A stretch of DNA of 62,440 nt, counting the filler, from Diploschistes diacapsis (lineage: Eukaryota): NCBI GenBank assembly GCA_023645945.1. It is 8 parts of 8 records of this genome, joined end to end, with 100 filler letters (N's around TTAATTAATTAA, not from the genome) between each part and the next. Parts side by side here need not be neighbours in the genome. Positions count along the whole stretch, not along the records: positions 1 to 27,290 come from JALAIB010000163.1; 7 more parts are not named here. The stretch is one strand, 5' to 3'. The notes under the pieces are model-generated. The model saw only the letters and a list, made by a program, of their open reading frames with translations. It did not search any database and was not told the origin of the DNA. Both the position numbers and the translations under genes were made by a program. Below are positions 11,446 through 23,033 of this stretch, in pieces. The number at the start of each line of letters is the position of its first letter. Position 1 is the first letter of the stretch.

Positions 11446-13410
11446 ATGTCCGATGGTGGAATGCTACCGCCCAATAGCAAACGGTTCAAAGATTTCAACA
11501 CGAAGGTGGTAATGAAAACGAAAGGAATTGTCGGGCGTCACCTGGGAAGAGTCATAGATCTCGAAGAGCATCGAAAAGACCAATCTGTGCTTAATACCGA
11601 ACACGACGCGGCTTTTCACCCGCGATCGGCCAAACAGTATCAATCTGAGCATCATCAACGCGGCGGGCCCCTTGATAAGATTAAGGTTGCACTCGAGACA
11701 TCCGCTGAAGCCGTTGTACACCCGAAACAATATGCGCAATCGAAAGCCAAGAGAGTGGCGGCAGGGAAGATATCGTCCATTCAGAAACCATATAACCTTC
11801 CCGCCACTGGGGCAGAGCTGTTGGACGCACACGATGCCTACAGTCAGTCAGATAGCTCCCGGGCGTCCGACGATATCTCTGACTCCAATGCTGCGGAGGA
11901 TAAGGTGACCAAACAAAAAAGCAGGGCGCAGAAGAAGGCTCGTCTTGACAACTTGGAAGCACAGAAGGAGAGTATGCGGGTGGCATGGACTACGCGACAC
12001 ATTGACCGAGTTCGAGTTGTCCCTAAAAAGCGCTTCAGATTTCCGGACAAAGAGGCTTTTATTGAACGAAGCGAGAACGGCAGTTTTGTCCGTTACAGAT
12101 GGGACAAGTGGTTAGGCCACTTCGTCGTCTATTATACCCAAGATTTTAGTGCGCAGTACATCGACGATTTTGACGAGCTGCCCTTTGATATCGATACTAC
12201 CAGGAATCATGCTGAGCGGCTGGTCATGGCCAGTGCGCCTTGGCAGACATGGGCCATGGATGTGCGATCTGTGTATAGATGGGAGGATCCATACAGGACA
12301 GGCAGATGGTTCCTACTGTATCTTATTTTATGGTACTATGAGCACATTGGAACTTTTCTATGGGCTTGCATACTCTATTACACCATAAGAAACAGGTATT
12401 ACCCATCATCAATGAAGCACCTGCGCGCAGCTTTGCGGCGCTCGGCAGACACGGAGAGTGCGGCTTTCCAATTCGGCGAGCTCATTGACAAGCATGGGAG
12501 AGACTCTTGGCTAGACCCTTTGATTGACGAAGTCGGTCCCTACGTCCAGCTGCAACTTAGCGACCTTGCAAACCTACTCGAAGTCTTATCGAATTTCTAT
12601 TCTTGGAAATATCCTAGAAAGACCGCTGCATCCTTGATCCTCTTTGCTGCTTGTTTCATTACGGCTCTTCTTGCGGATATGGCGTTTTGCATGAAGATTG
12701 TTTACTTTATTGCTGGCGGGTCGTTCTTCCTGTGTTGGCCGATTTCCAGCCGTTACCCTCGATATCGTTATCTTGTCTCCCCAGTCAAATGGATGATGTG
12801 GGATATTCCTACGCATGCCGAATGGGCTTTTCAGTATTTGCGACAGCACTGTCAGGAGAGCAGGGAAGCCATGATCATAAATCAAGTGGAGAAGAGCTTC
12901 CAGAAGGAATTAGAAGGGAATGTTCTCGAACAATATGCCGGTCGACTAAATATCCCACACCCGCATACTGAATTTGAAGGAGTCGACAAGTGCTCGGATT
13001 CTGATAGTACGAAAAGCGAGGAATGGCACTCAGCGGACTCGTCCAACGATTTCATGTCAGAAACGAGCTTCTTGTCGTATCGTAGCCATTGGAATGGAAT
13101 GAGCGGGCGGTTAGCAGTCACCCCGTCCGGCTTACGTTTCTTTGGACGCATGAAGAAGCAGGAGATGTGGTACGTTCCTTTCATCGAGATTGAGGAAATG
13201 CGAAAGTTTCAGGGAGCAGCTCGTTCTGGTTCAAATATGCAAGGGGTTCAGTCGAAGCGCTTACTGGAGCTGAGGCGCACCGATGGCCGCTGCTTCACCC
13301 TCGAGCTTCGAAATGACCGAGACGAGATTTTCAATTATATCATTGGTTTCTCAGGTCTGCAGTGGCAGAGCCTGCAACCAGGCTCTCAAAGGGCTACAAG
13401 ACATGCATGA
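11446..13410 (+). CDS. Conserved fungal membrane protein with probable C-terminal GRAM/PH-like domain
   Basis: Intronless 654-aa ORF from ATG 11446. Hydrophobic segments follow YRWEDPYRT and WKYPRKT. The tail (GMSGRLAVTPSGLRF...RDEIFNYIIGFSGLQWQ) looks PH/GRAM-like; the domain call is inference. Confidence 0.75.
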   Translation: MSDGGMLPPNSKRFKDFNTKVVMKTKGIVGRHLGRVIDLEEHRKDQSVLNTEHDAAFHPRSAKQYQSEHHQRGGPLDKIKVALETSAEAVVHPKQYAQSKAKRVAAGKISSIQKPYNLPATGAELLDAHDAYSQSDSSRASDDISDSNAAEDKVTKQKSRAQKKARLDNLEAQKESMRVAWTTRHIDRVRVVPKKRFRFPDKEAFIERSENGSFVRYRWDKWLGHFVVYYTQDFSAQYIDDFDELPFDIDTTRNHAERLVMASAPWQTWAMDVRSVYRWEDPYRTGRWFLLYLILWYYEHIGTFLWACILYYTIRNRYYPSSMKHLRAALRRSADTESAAFQFGELIDKHGRDSWLDPLIDEVGPYVQLQLSDLANLLEVLSNFYSWKYPRKTAASLILFAACFITALLADMAFCMKIVYFIAGGSFFLCWPISSRYPRYRYLVSPVKWMMWDIPTHAEWAFQYLRQHCQESREAMIINQVEKSFQKELEGNVLEQYAGRLNIPHPHTEFEGVDKCSDSDSTKSEEWHSADSSNDFMSETSFLSYRSHWNGMSGRLAVTPSGLRFFGRMKKQEMWYVPFIEIEEMRKFQGAARSGSNMQGVQSKRLLELRRTDGRCFTLELRNDRDEIFNYIIGFSGLQWQSLQPGSQRATRHA

Positions 13411-13750
13411 TAGCCTATTAACTTATCGTTTCTTGAGATAGTGCATGACGTGGGTCATAGAAATAATAAATATAAACAAGTGCTGCGTTCAATAACTACT
13501 TAGCTTATCCCGGTCTTTCAACTTTACTTTTCGTAACAGCCTCGAGCAAGCAGATGTTGTCGACCTCAACGTCGGCACATTGTTGCCCATTTGTAAGCAG
13601 GATGGGGAAGTTAAGTGGTCATCATGAATAAGCCTCAACCCGCAGCTTGGCAAGTGTTGGGGCTTTAGATCTCTCGCTATGGACTCGGCATCCTTCACCT
13701 GAACCTGGTCATTCGTGTTGTGATGTCGAAGCTGGACTGATCAATCTGTG

Positions 13751-15920
13751 ATGGAAGACGCAACCAAAATCCCTTCCAACGCCAGTGCCGCCCTCAAGGC
13801 AGGGGAGTTCGGCTACCCTTCCGGCCATTTGGGGCATCTCACGGAACCTCAGCAGTCGGCCCTAGTCGACTTCAAGAAGCTCTGTACGGCGTCCGGCTTG
13901 TACAAGCCCGCATCGGACGGCCAGCCGCCAAGCCATAGCGATGCCGTTTTGCTGTACGTGCTGCCAGTGGCTTGCTTTCCACCAGTATCTGTTCCAGTCT
14001 TACCATGTCACAGACGTTTTCTCCGTGCCCGACGTTTCATCCCAAAAGATGCGCAGCAGCAGTTCCAAGATACGGAAAAATGGCGGAAGGTGAACGAAAT
14101 CGACAAAGTGTACGAGAATATAGACATAGAGAATTATGACGAGGCTAGAAGACTCGTGAGTACGCCGACACAACCGCTGAAAGGTTCAAATGGAAGCAAC
14201 TAACAGCGCTCTTCCCACAGTATCCGCAATGGCTAGGCCGAAGAGGTATGTTCTGTCTTCCTTCAGTCCAATGCCTTGCTCATCGTCAAAGACAAGCGCG
14301 GGATCCCCGTCTACCTGTTCGAAGTGAAGCCACTCGATTCCAAAACCATGGCCGCCTACGCCAAGTCCGGCGCCGCAACCGCCGTCGTCTCCTCACCTGC
14401 CCCTATTTCCAACATTCAAGATAAGGGAGCAATAGCCGACATCAAGGCGACTCCGAACAGCAAGACTGCCTCGTCCTCTACCGGCGACGAATCCGGCAAA
14501 ACCCCGCCGCGCCTGCTCCGTCTCTTCGCCCTCTACGAGAACCTTGCAGGCTTCATGTCTACGCTATGTACGGTCCTTCCTGACCGCCCTTATTCAGAGA
14601 CCCCTGTCGTGCAGTCCAACAACATTGTCGACATCTCTGGGGTTGGCCTAAAGCAGTTCTGGAATCTCCGCGGGCATATGCAGGACGCAAGCGTACTAGC
14701 CACCGCACACTACCCGGAGACGTTAGACAGGATCTTCGTAGGTCTGCCCTCCAACCCTCAATCCTGTTCAATCCACGTTTCACCTTTTCCTTGCGCCCCC
14801 CCACCCCCCGCTTTGTACCCCAGCTATCAACAACCTTCTTGCTTACGCAAGCGTCCAACAGATCGTAGGCGCTCCATCTTTCTTCCCCACCGTATGGACC
14901 TGGATAAAGCGCTGGTTCGACCCCATCACCGTCTCCAAAATCTTCATACTCTCCTCTTCCGACGTGCTTCCTACTCTCTCAAACTTCATCGACCCAGAAA
15001 ACATCCCCCAAAAATTCGGCGGCAAGCTCGACTTTCGCTTCGGCGACCTCCCATCCGTGGACCCAGCGTATGCGGACAAGATCGAGTGGAAGTATGCGAT
15101 CTCGGAAACGCCCACAACAAGCGAAGCGGAGAAGGAGAAGGAAAAGGGCAAACTGAAAGGGCTAGCGGGTTCAAAGAAAGAAACCGACCGGCCAGTAGTA
15201 CGAAGGTGGCCGAAAGGGCCGGTGGAGTGGGTGGAGAGAGGGGACGGAGATTTAGATCTCGTGGCCGTGGGGAGCGAGGGTGGAAAACTGAGAAGGGAAG
15301 TTGTCGCGACAATGCGACTCGACGGAGTCATCGGTGGGAAAGCCGACCCATCAGGGCCACTGCAAGGAGCCCGAGCCGGAACTCGGGCCGCAAAGGGCGA
15401 TAAGGGGGCGGAAGCCGGAGCCGCGCAATCGCGACAGAGCGAAGCAGAAGCAGAAGCAGCGCAGAACGCCGCCGGTCTATCCGCCACCCTCCCCTCGCAC
15501 CCGAAGCAGCTCGACGTCCCCGCTCAAGCGCAAGCTCCAGCTGGCGTCCAAGCCCCTGCTCCGGGCGCAGCTACCGCGAATGGCCACGCTGCGCCCGCAC
15601 CTTACCCCCCGCATAACTACACCGCAAACTCCAGCCAAGCACCCACGGCGCAACTACAACCACAACAGCAACAACACCTCCCCTTTATCACTGCCGACGC
15701 TAGTCCTAACGGCGGTACCAAATCCCGGGCCGGAGCCCAAGCCGAATCCGGCTCCGCGACGGGCGTGGCAGCGACGGCGGTCGCGGCTGCCGTTGCGGCG
15801 GGCGAGATGGGTGGGATGGGTGGCGGTGGTGCTGTGCGCGCGGATGGTGCGCCGGCCGTGGAGCCGGTGCCGCTTGCGGCGGTTAGTACGGCGTTGCCCG
15901 GGGAGGGGGAGAAATTATGA
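13751..15920 (+). CDS. CRAL-TRIO (Sec14-like) lipid-transfer protein, 5 exons, Ala/Gln/Pro-rich tail
   Basis: GYPSGHLGHLT, L|RFLRARRF, YPQWLGRR|DKRGIPVY, IVDISGVGLKQFW, ATAHYPETLDRIF|IVGAP, WIKRWFDPITVSKI and IDPENIPQKFGG. Confidence 0.9.
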
Positions 15921-16441
15921 TTGATGGGGGTGTGTTTCGGGATGGGATGTGGGTAGACGGGGGTTAGACAGGGATAAAATGGAGGCAAGAGGAGGGAGAA
16001 GGGAGGAGAGAGGGGGGCAGGTGATTGTGGTCATGGTTGTGGTCATGGTTGTGGTTTTGAGAGGGCCTGTGCCTTGGGGATGTGCGATGCTGATGCTGAT
16101 GCTGTTGGAGGTGTAGATATGCGTAGCTAGTGGGAAGGAACCGGAATTAGATTTGGGAGTGCAGGAGTGTGCATGAGTTGGTTGAGCCAGGCCGCTTCGA
16201 ATTTTTGGGTAGATGATAGACAAACAGACGGTTCGGTGCAGAGGGTTGGTGGTTTGCAAAGCCGATCTGTCTTGGACCATTCAATCATTCGTGTTTTCAC
16301 TCAAGCACTAAGTGTCTGCAGGAGAACCGATGGGCTGGTGGCAGTCATTTAATGTTTTTCTATTCATATTCTTCTTTTCATTAGAAGGAAGTTTCGTCAA
16401 AACATGGCCATATATCCCTTCACGGATACTACTACCTCCCC

Positions 16442-18117
16442 TCATCTCACGATAACATCTTGCATGTTCCCGTCCCAGTGTACTTGATCGGCACGCCCAA
16501 ATTGCCTTGTATCCAAGCCATATACTCCTTCGCCTCTTCCAGTAGCTTCTCCCACTAAGTGAATACCCTGAATACTCTTCTGCCAGCCATTGAAGGTTTT
16601 GTATCCTGCGTCTGTCTTCCCTCTCGAAGACGTGCCGTCCATCAGACCAATGCCCGGGGGAAATGAAAGTCGGAGTTTCGACCCTCTGACCTAAATAATC
16701 GACTAAATGATAGGCGACAGCGACGTCGATCTTCCGAAACGTGTCCAAAAACATTAAGCTTTGCTAAGATTGATGCAGTTGTAGTTGTTGATGGCCCGAC
16801 TGTACTTGAGCAGCACGGCGTCAAGCCAGCCGCATCGGCGGCGACGACCAGTTGTTGCACCAAACTCGGCCCCTAAATCCTTACAGCTTTCGGCCCAATC
16901 TCGTTCTCCTCCGTACGATCTTCAGTTAGTTGTTCCGTTGGAAAGGGACTACTGCCGGCGCGTGTCGTATAGGCTTTGACCACACCTGTGTGGCCGATCT
17001 GTAGCCCTCCGAGCCCAGTGAAGCAGCCGCCAAGCCAGGCCGACGAGGAAATGGCATATGGATAAGTTCCAGTCAAGGTCCAGCATGAGCGCATTAGCGC
17101 CTTCGATCAGGGTCTCTTCATGCGCTTCTTGCGCCTACCTGATCATTGTGGTAGCGTCGGCAACCAGTAGCCGCAATTTCTCACGGAGAGCGTCGCATTT
17201 GTGTATCTCTTCTTCCACGCCGTAGTGAAGCATATCTCCTAAGCGGTCCTAGAAACTTTTAGCCAGACTCCCAACCTTCGAGTCGAGTTCGCTTTACTGT
17301 GGACAAAATGTTCAATCCGGATGCCGCTGCGGGCCATTTTTGTGCTGTAACATGGCTCAATGCCCTTGCCTGTTGTTTCTACTTTTGCTTTGCCAAGAGC
17401 CGTCTCTTCAAGCCCACCTACACGTTGATGGAGAGCGAACACGATGTGTGCTGCCTCAGAGACAGAATTCCTCCCATGAGTGTTGGGCCCTTTAACCTCC
17501 AACGCTTCCAGCTCGTGGAACAAGCTCGGAATATGAACCACCCAACCACTACCGATTGAATCTGAATAGAAGCTTAGCAGGCAAAAGTAAAATAATGCTG
17601 CGCAATATCCGTACGTGACATTTTGGGTTTGTCAAGCCGGATGGTAGGACGTGGATATCATACCGCAGGATCTTGCTCAGGACTGGCGCAGCAATGACTC
17701 TCTAAACAAGGGGGGGTGCTAACCTTGATGCCACCAGCAACTATTTTGTGTCCGCTGATCCGATCGCAAAGTCAGTTGATGTTCCCCGTCATGCAGCGGA
17801 GCATTTCACGCATTGATGCCCTAGCCATTGTCAATCCTGTTCCAGAGTCCGGGATTTGATACGCACACCAGCTGATCTTCAACATAGCGCAACTAGCATG
17901 AAGACACAGACGTTCAGAGGGTACCGATTTCCAAGCGAACCTACCTTCCCTTTACCCTACATCACGATGCATGATTTAGTGTGGCTCTACTGAGACTGGC
18001 TAGAGCACTGCATGAACCTCATCAAACCCACTGGAAGACTGCCGTTAGCGATTGGCTACTTGCACTTGCAGAGAGCGCTTGCCTTACCTGTGCTCCTAAG
18101 ACCACCGTCGCGGACAT
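16442..18117 (-). pseudogene. ADE12: Adenylosuccinate synthetase pseudogene (multiple frameshifts, introns retained)
   Basis: ATG 18117 MSATVVLGAQ|gtaagg, a disrupted GDEGKGK near 17945-17965, [79 protein letters not shown] and YKTFNGWQK. Motifs are in the correct order but spread over different frames. Confidence 0.88.
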
Positions 18118-18684
18118 CTTATCCGATTTCAGTCACGCTTCTTTGAAGGTGAAGTAGCCTCAGCCCCAAACTGCCCCACGCAAGAAACACTTGGACATGT
18201 ATGAGGGCAACCATGAACCACCTGTATGCATCCCGCTTGTAGTGTGCATTGAACTGTTCGCAGCAGCGTCATGAAACCTAAAGTGTGTACAGGCAGGCCT
18301 GACCGGCTGCTGTGGTTGCGGCGCTTCTACAGAGACAGATCACGCCAGGTACGCCGGGTATTTGACCATGAACGATCACTACAACCGGAATAGGCTAATA
18401 GAGTCTTAAGTGCTAGCAAGCCATTGCTCTGGTTTGTATGTCTATATAGAACTGCACCTTTACTCAACGGCCCACGGTCAACATCCGCCTTCTTTTTCAT
18501 TAGCGGCGAGAAGCACATCGAACTTCATCCAAGACCCCTGGTGGTTCCTGGATTTCGACCCAGATACCGAAGCACACCCACAGCTTCCGAAAGGAGGTTC
18601 AGCTACTTGACTGAATACTACCATTGAGCCTTTGAAAAGTCCACCCGTTGTTATCTTTCCCCTCGTCACCTCAGTCCCACTACC

Positions 18685-19791
18685 ATGCCTCCACACGGCT
18701 ACGAATATACTGGCGGTGAGCCTCTGAACCGCGAACCGTCAACCTCTTCGCTCATCTCAAGCTTTCTGTCCTCCACCAAAACTGCCTACAATCGCAACCA
18801 CGGGCCGATACTGCACCTCTCCGCCGCCGCACACACCGTCAAAGTCAAAGGCCTAGTCTCCCAACCCCTTACCCTCCCCATCTCTTCGCTTGAATCAGAC
18901 TTCCCTCAGCACACAGTAACCTGCCTCCTCCAATGCGCCGGCAACAGACGTCACACAATGCGCACGGCCGTCAGGGAAGTAGAGGGTATAGACTGGTTTG
19001 ACGCGGCAGTCATGAACTGCACGTGGACAGGCCCTAGGCTATGCGACGTCCTCACCAAGGCCGGAGTCAACGAGAGCAAAGACAGGAAGCTGCACGTAGC
19101 CTTCGCATGCCACAAACAAGGCGTCCAAAAAGACTCCTGGTACGGCGGCAGCATTCCGCTGTCCCGCGCTCTGCGGCGCGACGCAGACGTGATTCTCGCG
19201 CTGAAACAAAACGGCGAACCACTTACGCCGGAACACGGGCATCCCGTGCGCGTGATCGCGCCGGGCGTCACGGGCGCGCGCCTGGTCAAGTGGCTGGACG
19301 AAATCACGGTGCAGGAGGGCGAGAGCGAGAACTTCTACCAGCGGCGCGACTACAAGGTCCTCCCGCCCGAGGCCGTGGACCAGGAGGCAGCGAAAACCTT
19401 CTGGGACAGAACGCCGTCGCTGATGGACTTGCCGATCAACAGCGCCGTCGGCAAACCCGTTACCGGGGACAGGGTGGCTCGAGATGGGGAGGGGATGGTG
19501 GAGGTTCGCGGGTATGCGCTGCCGGGAGGGGAGGACGGGCCGGTGGTGAAGGTGGAGGTGAGGGTCGATCGCGGGGAGTGGCAGGAGGCGCAGCTCGAGC
19601 GGGGCGTGGAGGGCGGGAAGTGGTCGTGGGTGCTGTGGAAGTGGAGGGGTGTTGTGGAGCCGGGGAAGAGGACGATTTGGAGTCGGGCGAGGGATAAGGG
19701 GGGGAATATGCAGGATTCGGAACGATCGCAGTGGAATTTGAGGGGTGTTGCGTACAACGGATATGGTGAAGCGGTGATCGACGTGGTGTAA
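18685..19791 (+). CDS. Sulfite oxidase-family molybdopterin oxidoreductase (no cytochrome b5 domain)
   Basis: PLNREP, YNRNHGP, the Mo-ligand motif LQCAGNRR, GEPLTPEHGHPVRVIAPGVTGARLVKWL, and a dimerisation domain ending WNLRGVAYNGY. Confidence 0.92.
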   Translation: MPPHGYEYTGGEPLNREPSTSSLISSFLSSTKTAYNRNHGPILHLSAAAHTVKVKGLVSQPLTLPISSLESDFPQHTVTCLLQCAGNRRHTMRTAVREVEGIDWFDAAVMNCTWTGPRLCDVLTKAGVNESKDRKLHVAFACHKQGVQKDSWYGGSIPLSRALRRDADVILALKQNGEPLTPEHGHPVRVIAPGVTGARLVKWLDEITVQEGESENFYQRRDYKVLPPEAVDQEAAKTFWDRTPSLMDLPINSAVGKPVTGDRVARDGEGMVEVRGYALPGGEDGPVVKVEVRVDRGEWQEAQLERGVEGGKWSWVLWKWRGVVEPGKRTIWSRARDKGGNMQDSERSQWNLRGVAYNGYGEAVIDVV

Positions 19792-20100
19792 GGAACGAGT
19801 TTATGCAGGTCCTGTTGACTCTGCGCTATGACGGGATCTTTGCTTTCACCGCCACATCTATACCCATGAGCTTGTTTTGGAGGAGGGTTGTTTTCTCGAT
19901 CCAGCTTGCTGCAAAGATATCGCTTCTCTTATGCGAATGCACGTCACCGCAACGTTGTGTGCTGCTGAACCTGCACCAACGCTCACCTTCCTCTTCAACA
20001 CGACAATTTTAGAAACGCCTCGCAATGCCCCACCCGCTGAAAATGCCCCCCAATGCCTGAACACCGTTCATGCTCCACCATCTCCATCTCCTGTCCCACC

Positions 20101-21107
20101 TCACTCGTCGCCCGGCATTCGCATGTAATAATCGATCGCCGCACTAAACGCCGCGAAGCCTGCACATCCCAATCCCGCCGCGTATGGCCCAGCTTTGTAC
20201 GCCAGCGCCCCGCCCGTAATGCACCCCGCCCCGATCCCATTCTTCATATCGTTCTTCGCTCGGAGCTATTGCCAACGTCAGCAATCCTATCTCTCGACAC
20301 CAAAACGACCCCAAGTCCGCACCCGGAATTGATAGTATGGGGTGTTGCGTATTTTCTAGGTAGGTGGTATGGACTTACTCCCTCGATACAGCACTCCGTA
20401 CCCGAAAACACGGCGCCCACGAGCCCGAAGTTGCGCGCGGAACTGTAGGTGCGCTTGCCCATGTCCTTCAGGCCGTGCTTCAGCTGCTCGCGCATGGGCA
20501 GGGAGGAGATGGCTTGACTTTGGGGGGTGAGGGCGCTGTCGTAGCTCATCTGTTTTGCACCGTTCGGTTAGCGGAGTGTGTTGGCTTGATGCTTGCGGAT
20601 CGGCCGATTAGGCAGAACAAGCAACGAAGAAGGGTGAGGGGGATAGTGGAGGTAATCAAGGGAGTTTGGTTATTTTTTTGGATTTTTTTAGGATAAGGAA
20701 GGGAAGGGAAGGGAAGGGAAGGGAGGAAGAAAAGCCGCAACGTACACTAGACATGAAAAGCCCAAACGCCCCGCCCAGCGCAAAGCCCATCACGCCCGAC
20801 ATTATGCTCTTGCCGACGCAGGACTCCATTCCGGACTGTATCTGTACGAACCCACGCGTTCATTAGCACTTGCTCTTCCAGACACGCCTGGAAGCCTCTC
20901 TGATTTCTCTCTCAGCCTAGAAGCGGAGGCCAAAGCTTCCGCTAGCCCATGCACCTTAGGTCGCAAGGAGAATGTTGGGGCCGGACGTACCGCGCGCACC
21001 ATAGCCGCCTCCTGGTCGTTCATGCCGGCCGTCGGGCTGGCAAAGGGTGTCCGGGGCGGAGCGCCGGACGCGTGAGCGCCTCCGGCACTGGGAAAGGGAA
21101 AACTCAT
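20101..21107 (-). CDS. TIM22: Mitochondrial inner-membrane translocase Tim22, 4 exons
   Basis: [105 protein letters not shown] at 20101-20103. Confidence 0.94.
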
Positions 21108-21587
21108 CGTAGAGAGGGAGGATACCGGCTACATCGGATGTGAAAGGATGTTCGAGAGCAAGCTCTTCTCTGCGCAGGTTGATGTGTCCTTCCCGCTATG
21201 TGTCGGTCCTTGAGCACTGAAATTTCTTTGGGCATCGGCGTATCGGCGAGAGGTCCGAGCGGGCTTGGCATACTAAATTGGAAGCTTGAAGTGACCACTA
21301 CTTGATCCTATCGACAATAAAGGGCAGTTGCTAATCTATGACTAGGTTCATAGGCTACTATGCTCACCATGGATGTTCAAGAGAGGACAGGTCCAAAGAT
21401 CTATGGGTTAAATGGTGATGATGCTAGGACGTGGACAGAGAAAGCGTGAGCGCATATGGTATTCAACATAGCAAGCATAATATCCTTTGGTTCTATCTTA
21501 AAGATTGTGAGCTATCTTTCTTTCTCGTTCATTTCATGCAAAGCGCATAGGTAATATGAGGACTAATAACTCACTCCACCTCTTCCC

Positions 21588-23033
21588 TTAGATCATTGCC
21601 AGACTCTCGGACTGTCCAGTCTGGCATGTTGTGCCACCGGCCATGGGCTGCACTGCAGACCACGCTCCACTGGCGCAGCGCTGGAAGGATGTTCCACCAA
21701 TACAGTTCCACATGCCCTCGGTAGTGCAAGCGCCAGTTAAACCCCCTGTGGAGCCACTGGAACCGGTCGAGCCGGTAGTGTCTGAAGAGCTAGAGCCGGA
21801 TGGCGCTGCTGGAGCGACGCTAGCTGCAGCACTTGGGCTATCAGATGAAACTGCGATTGGGGCAACTGAGGGCGCGCCCGTCGCGGTCACGGCGGTTGGC
21901 GAGGCAGCGGCGGCGCTTGATCCTGCGGTGACAACGGCGGGCTCGGGAGCAGCTGCGCTGGATGCACCACCTGTGGGCATACACTCATCAGCACTGCTAG
22001 ACTCAGTAGGGGCTGCGGTAAGGGCTGCAGTCGTCGCTGCAGTAGTTGCAACAGAGGCCGCTGCGGAAGTAGCCATGGAAGCTGTTCCTGAAGCTGCCTG
22101 GGAAACTGCTGCAGACACCGTGCGGCTGGCTGACAGAGCAGCGGCAGAAGAGATTGCAACTACAGTGGGGGAAGACGTACCTGTAGGAGCAGCGGCGGAT
22201 GCAGCTGCGGGACCAGAGCCGGCTGCGGCGGTGGCAGTGGCGGACCCACCTGCGGCTACCGTTGGGCTGCTGCAGCCAGTTGGTGGTTTGGCAGAGGGGT
22301 CACTTGGGCCACTGCGGTCGTATTCGACTGAGTCACCAGGGTCTGGAAATATTGGGTCGGTGTCAGAAACGGTAGCGCAGCTGCCGCTCACCGAGCCGAT
22401 GTTGGCTTTGAACATATCTGGGAACGTAGACCGGCGATTGAACCACCCGAAGCTGGATCGACTGACAGCTTTACGAGTCTCGATGCCACGCTTTGCAGCT
22501 GGAGCAGAGCCGGTAACTGTAACCGGCGCGCAGTTCATGTACATCTCTCTATTGCCCACCCTATTAAACCATGTCCAAGCGAGCGTGTATTGCCCTGGTT
22601 GAATACCCTGAGGAATGCTGTAGGTGTACTTGTTCGCTCCTGTGCCATTTGGGTCCTCGGGCGTTAGATTACCATCGGTTGTGTTGGACGGGCAGCCACC
22701 GATGATGGAATGGATAACCATCCACTTGGATTGCGCCGTAGGGTTCTTATCGGTAGTAAGAGAGACTTGGCAGCTACCACCTCCGTGGACAGCACTACCA
22801 ATGAAGGACAGGGTCTGAGTAGCTCCGATGGGCATGGTGTTGGAAACGCCTGTAGCATCGTACGTTGAAGATCCACGCTGCTTGCAGGGGAAATCGGAGC
22901 CATCCGCTGCAAGCGGGCTACTATTTAGTGTGCTCTTGCCGAAGGGCGTTGGCGTATTAAGAATCATATGCCCGGACACGGTTGTAGAAAAGATTGACAG
23001 GCCAGCGGCCGCCAGGGCCACGGAGAGATGCAT
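21588..23033 (-). CDS. Lytic polysaccharide monooxygenase AA11 (chitin-active) with Ser/Ala/Thr linker and C-terminal Cys-rich putative chitin-binding module
   Basis: Signal peptide followed by N-terminal His (SG|HMILNTP), FPCK, GSAVHGGGSCQVSL, VIHSIIGGCP and LAWTWFNRVGNREMYMNCA. C-terminal module CTTEGMWNCIGGTSFQRCASGAWS..MAGGTTC. Confidence 0.92.
   Translation of the reverse strand: MHLSVALAAAGLSIFSTTVSGHMILNTPTPFGKSTLNSSPLAADGSDFPCKQRGSSTYDATGVSNTMPIGATQTLSFIGSAVHGGGSCQVSLTTDKNPTAQSKWMVIHSIIGGCPSNTTDGNLTPEDPNGTGANKYTYSIPQGIQPGQYTLAWTWFNRVGNREMYMNCAPVTVTGSAPAAKRGIETRKAVSRSSFGWFNRRSTFPDMFKANIGSVSGSCATVSDTDPIFPDPGDSVEYDRSGPSDPSAKPPTGCSSPTVAAGGSATATAAAGSGPAAASAAAPTGTSSPTVVAISSAAALSASRTVSAAVSQAASGTASMATSAAASVATTAATTAALTAAPTESSSADECMPTGGASSAAAPEPAVVTAGSSAAAASPTAVTATGAPSVAPIAVSSDSPSAAASVAPAAPSGSSSSDTTGSTGSSGSTGGLTGACTTEGMWNCIGGTSFQRCASGAWSAVQPMAGGTTCQTGQSESLAMI

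Noticed and set aside
18410..18627. Short ORFs between the ADE12 relic and the sulfite oxidase gene
   Set aside because: Non-ATG starts and no recognisable domain.
21631..22602. 323-aa plus-strand ORF and similar long antisense ORFs (2854-3453, 14843-15487, 19350-19757, 56137-56952)
   Set aside because: Shadow ORFs of GC-rich, well-supported genes on the opposite strand.
5999..23033. Terpene or secondary-metabolite cluster around ERG20
   Set aside because: Neighbours are unrelated housekeeping genes; no terpene cyclase, P450, PKS or NRPS is present.
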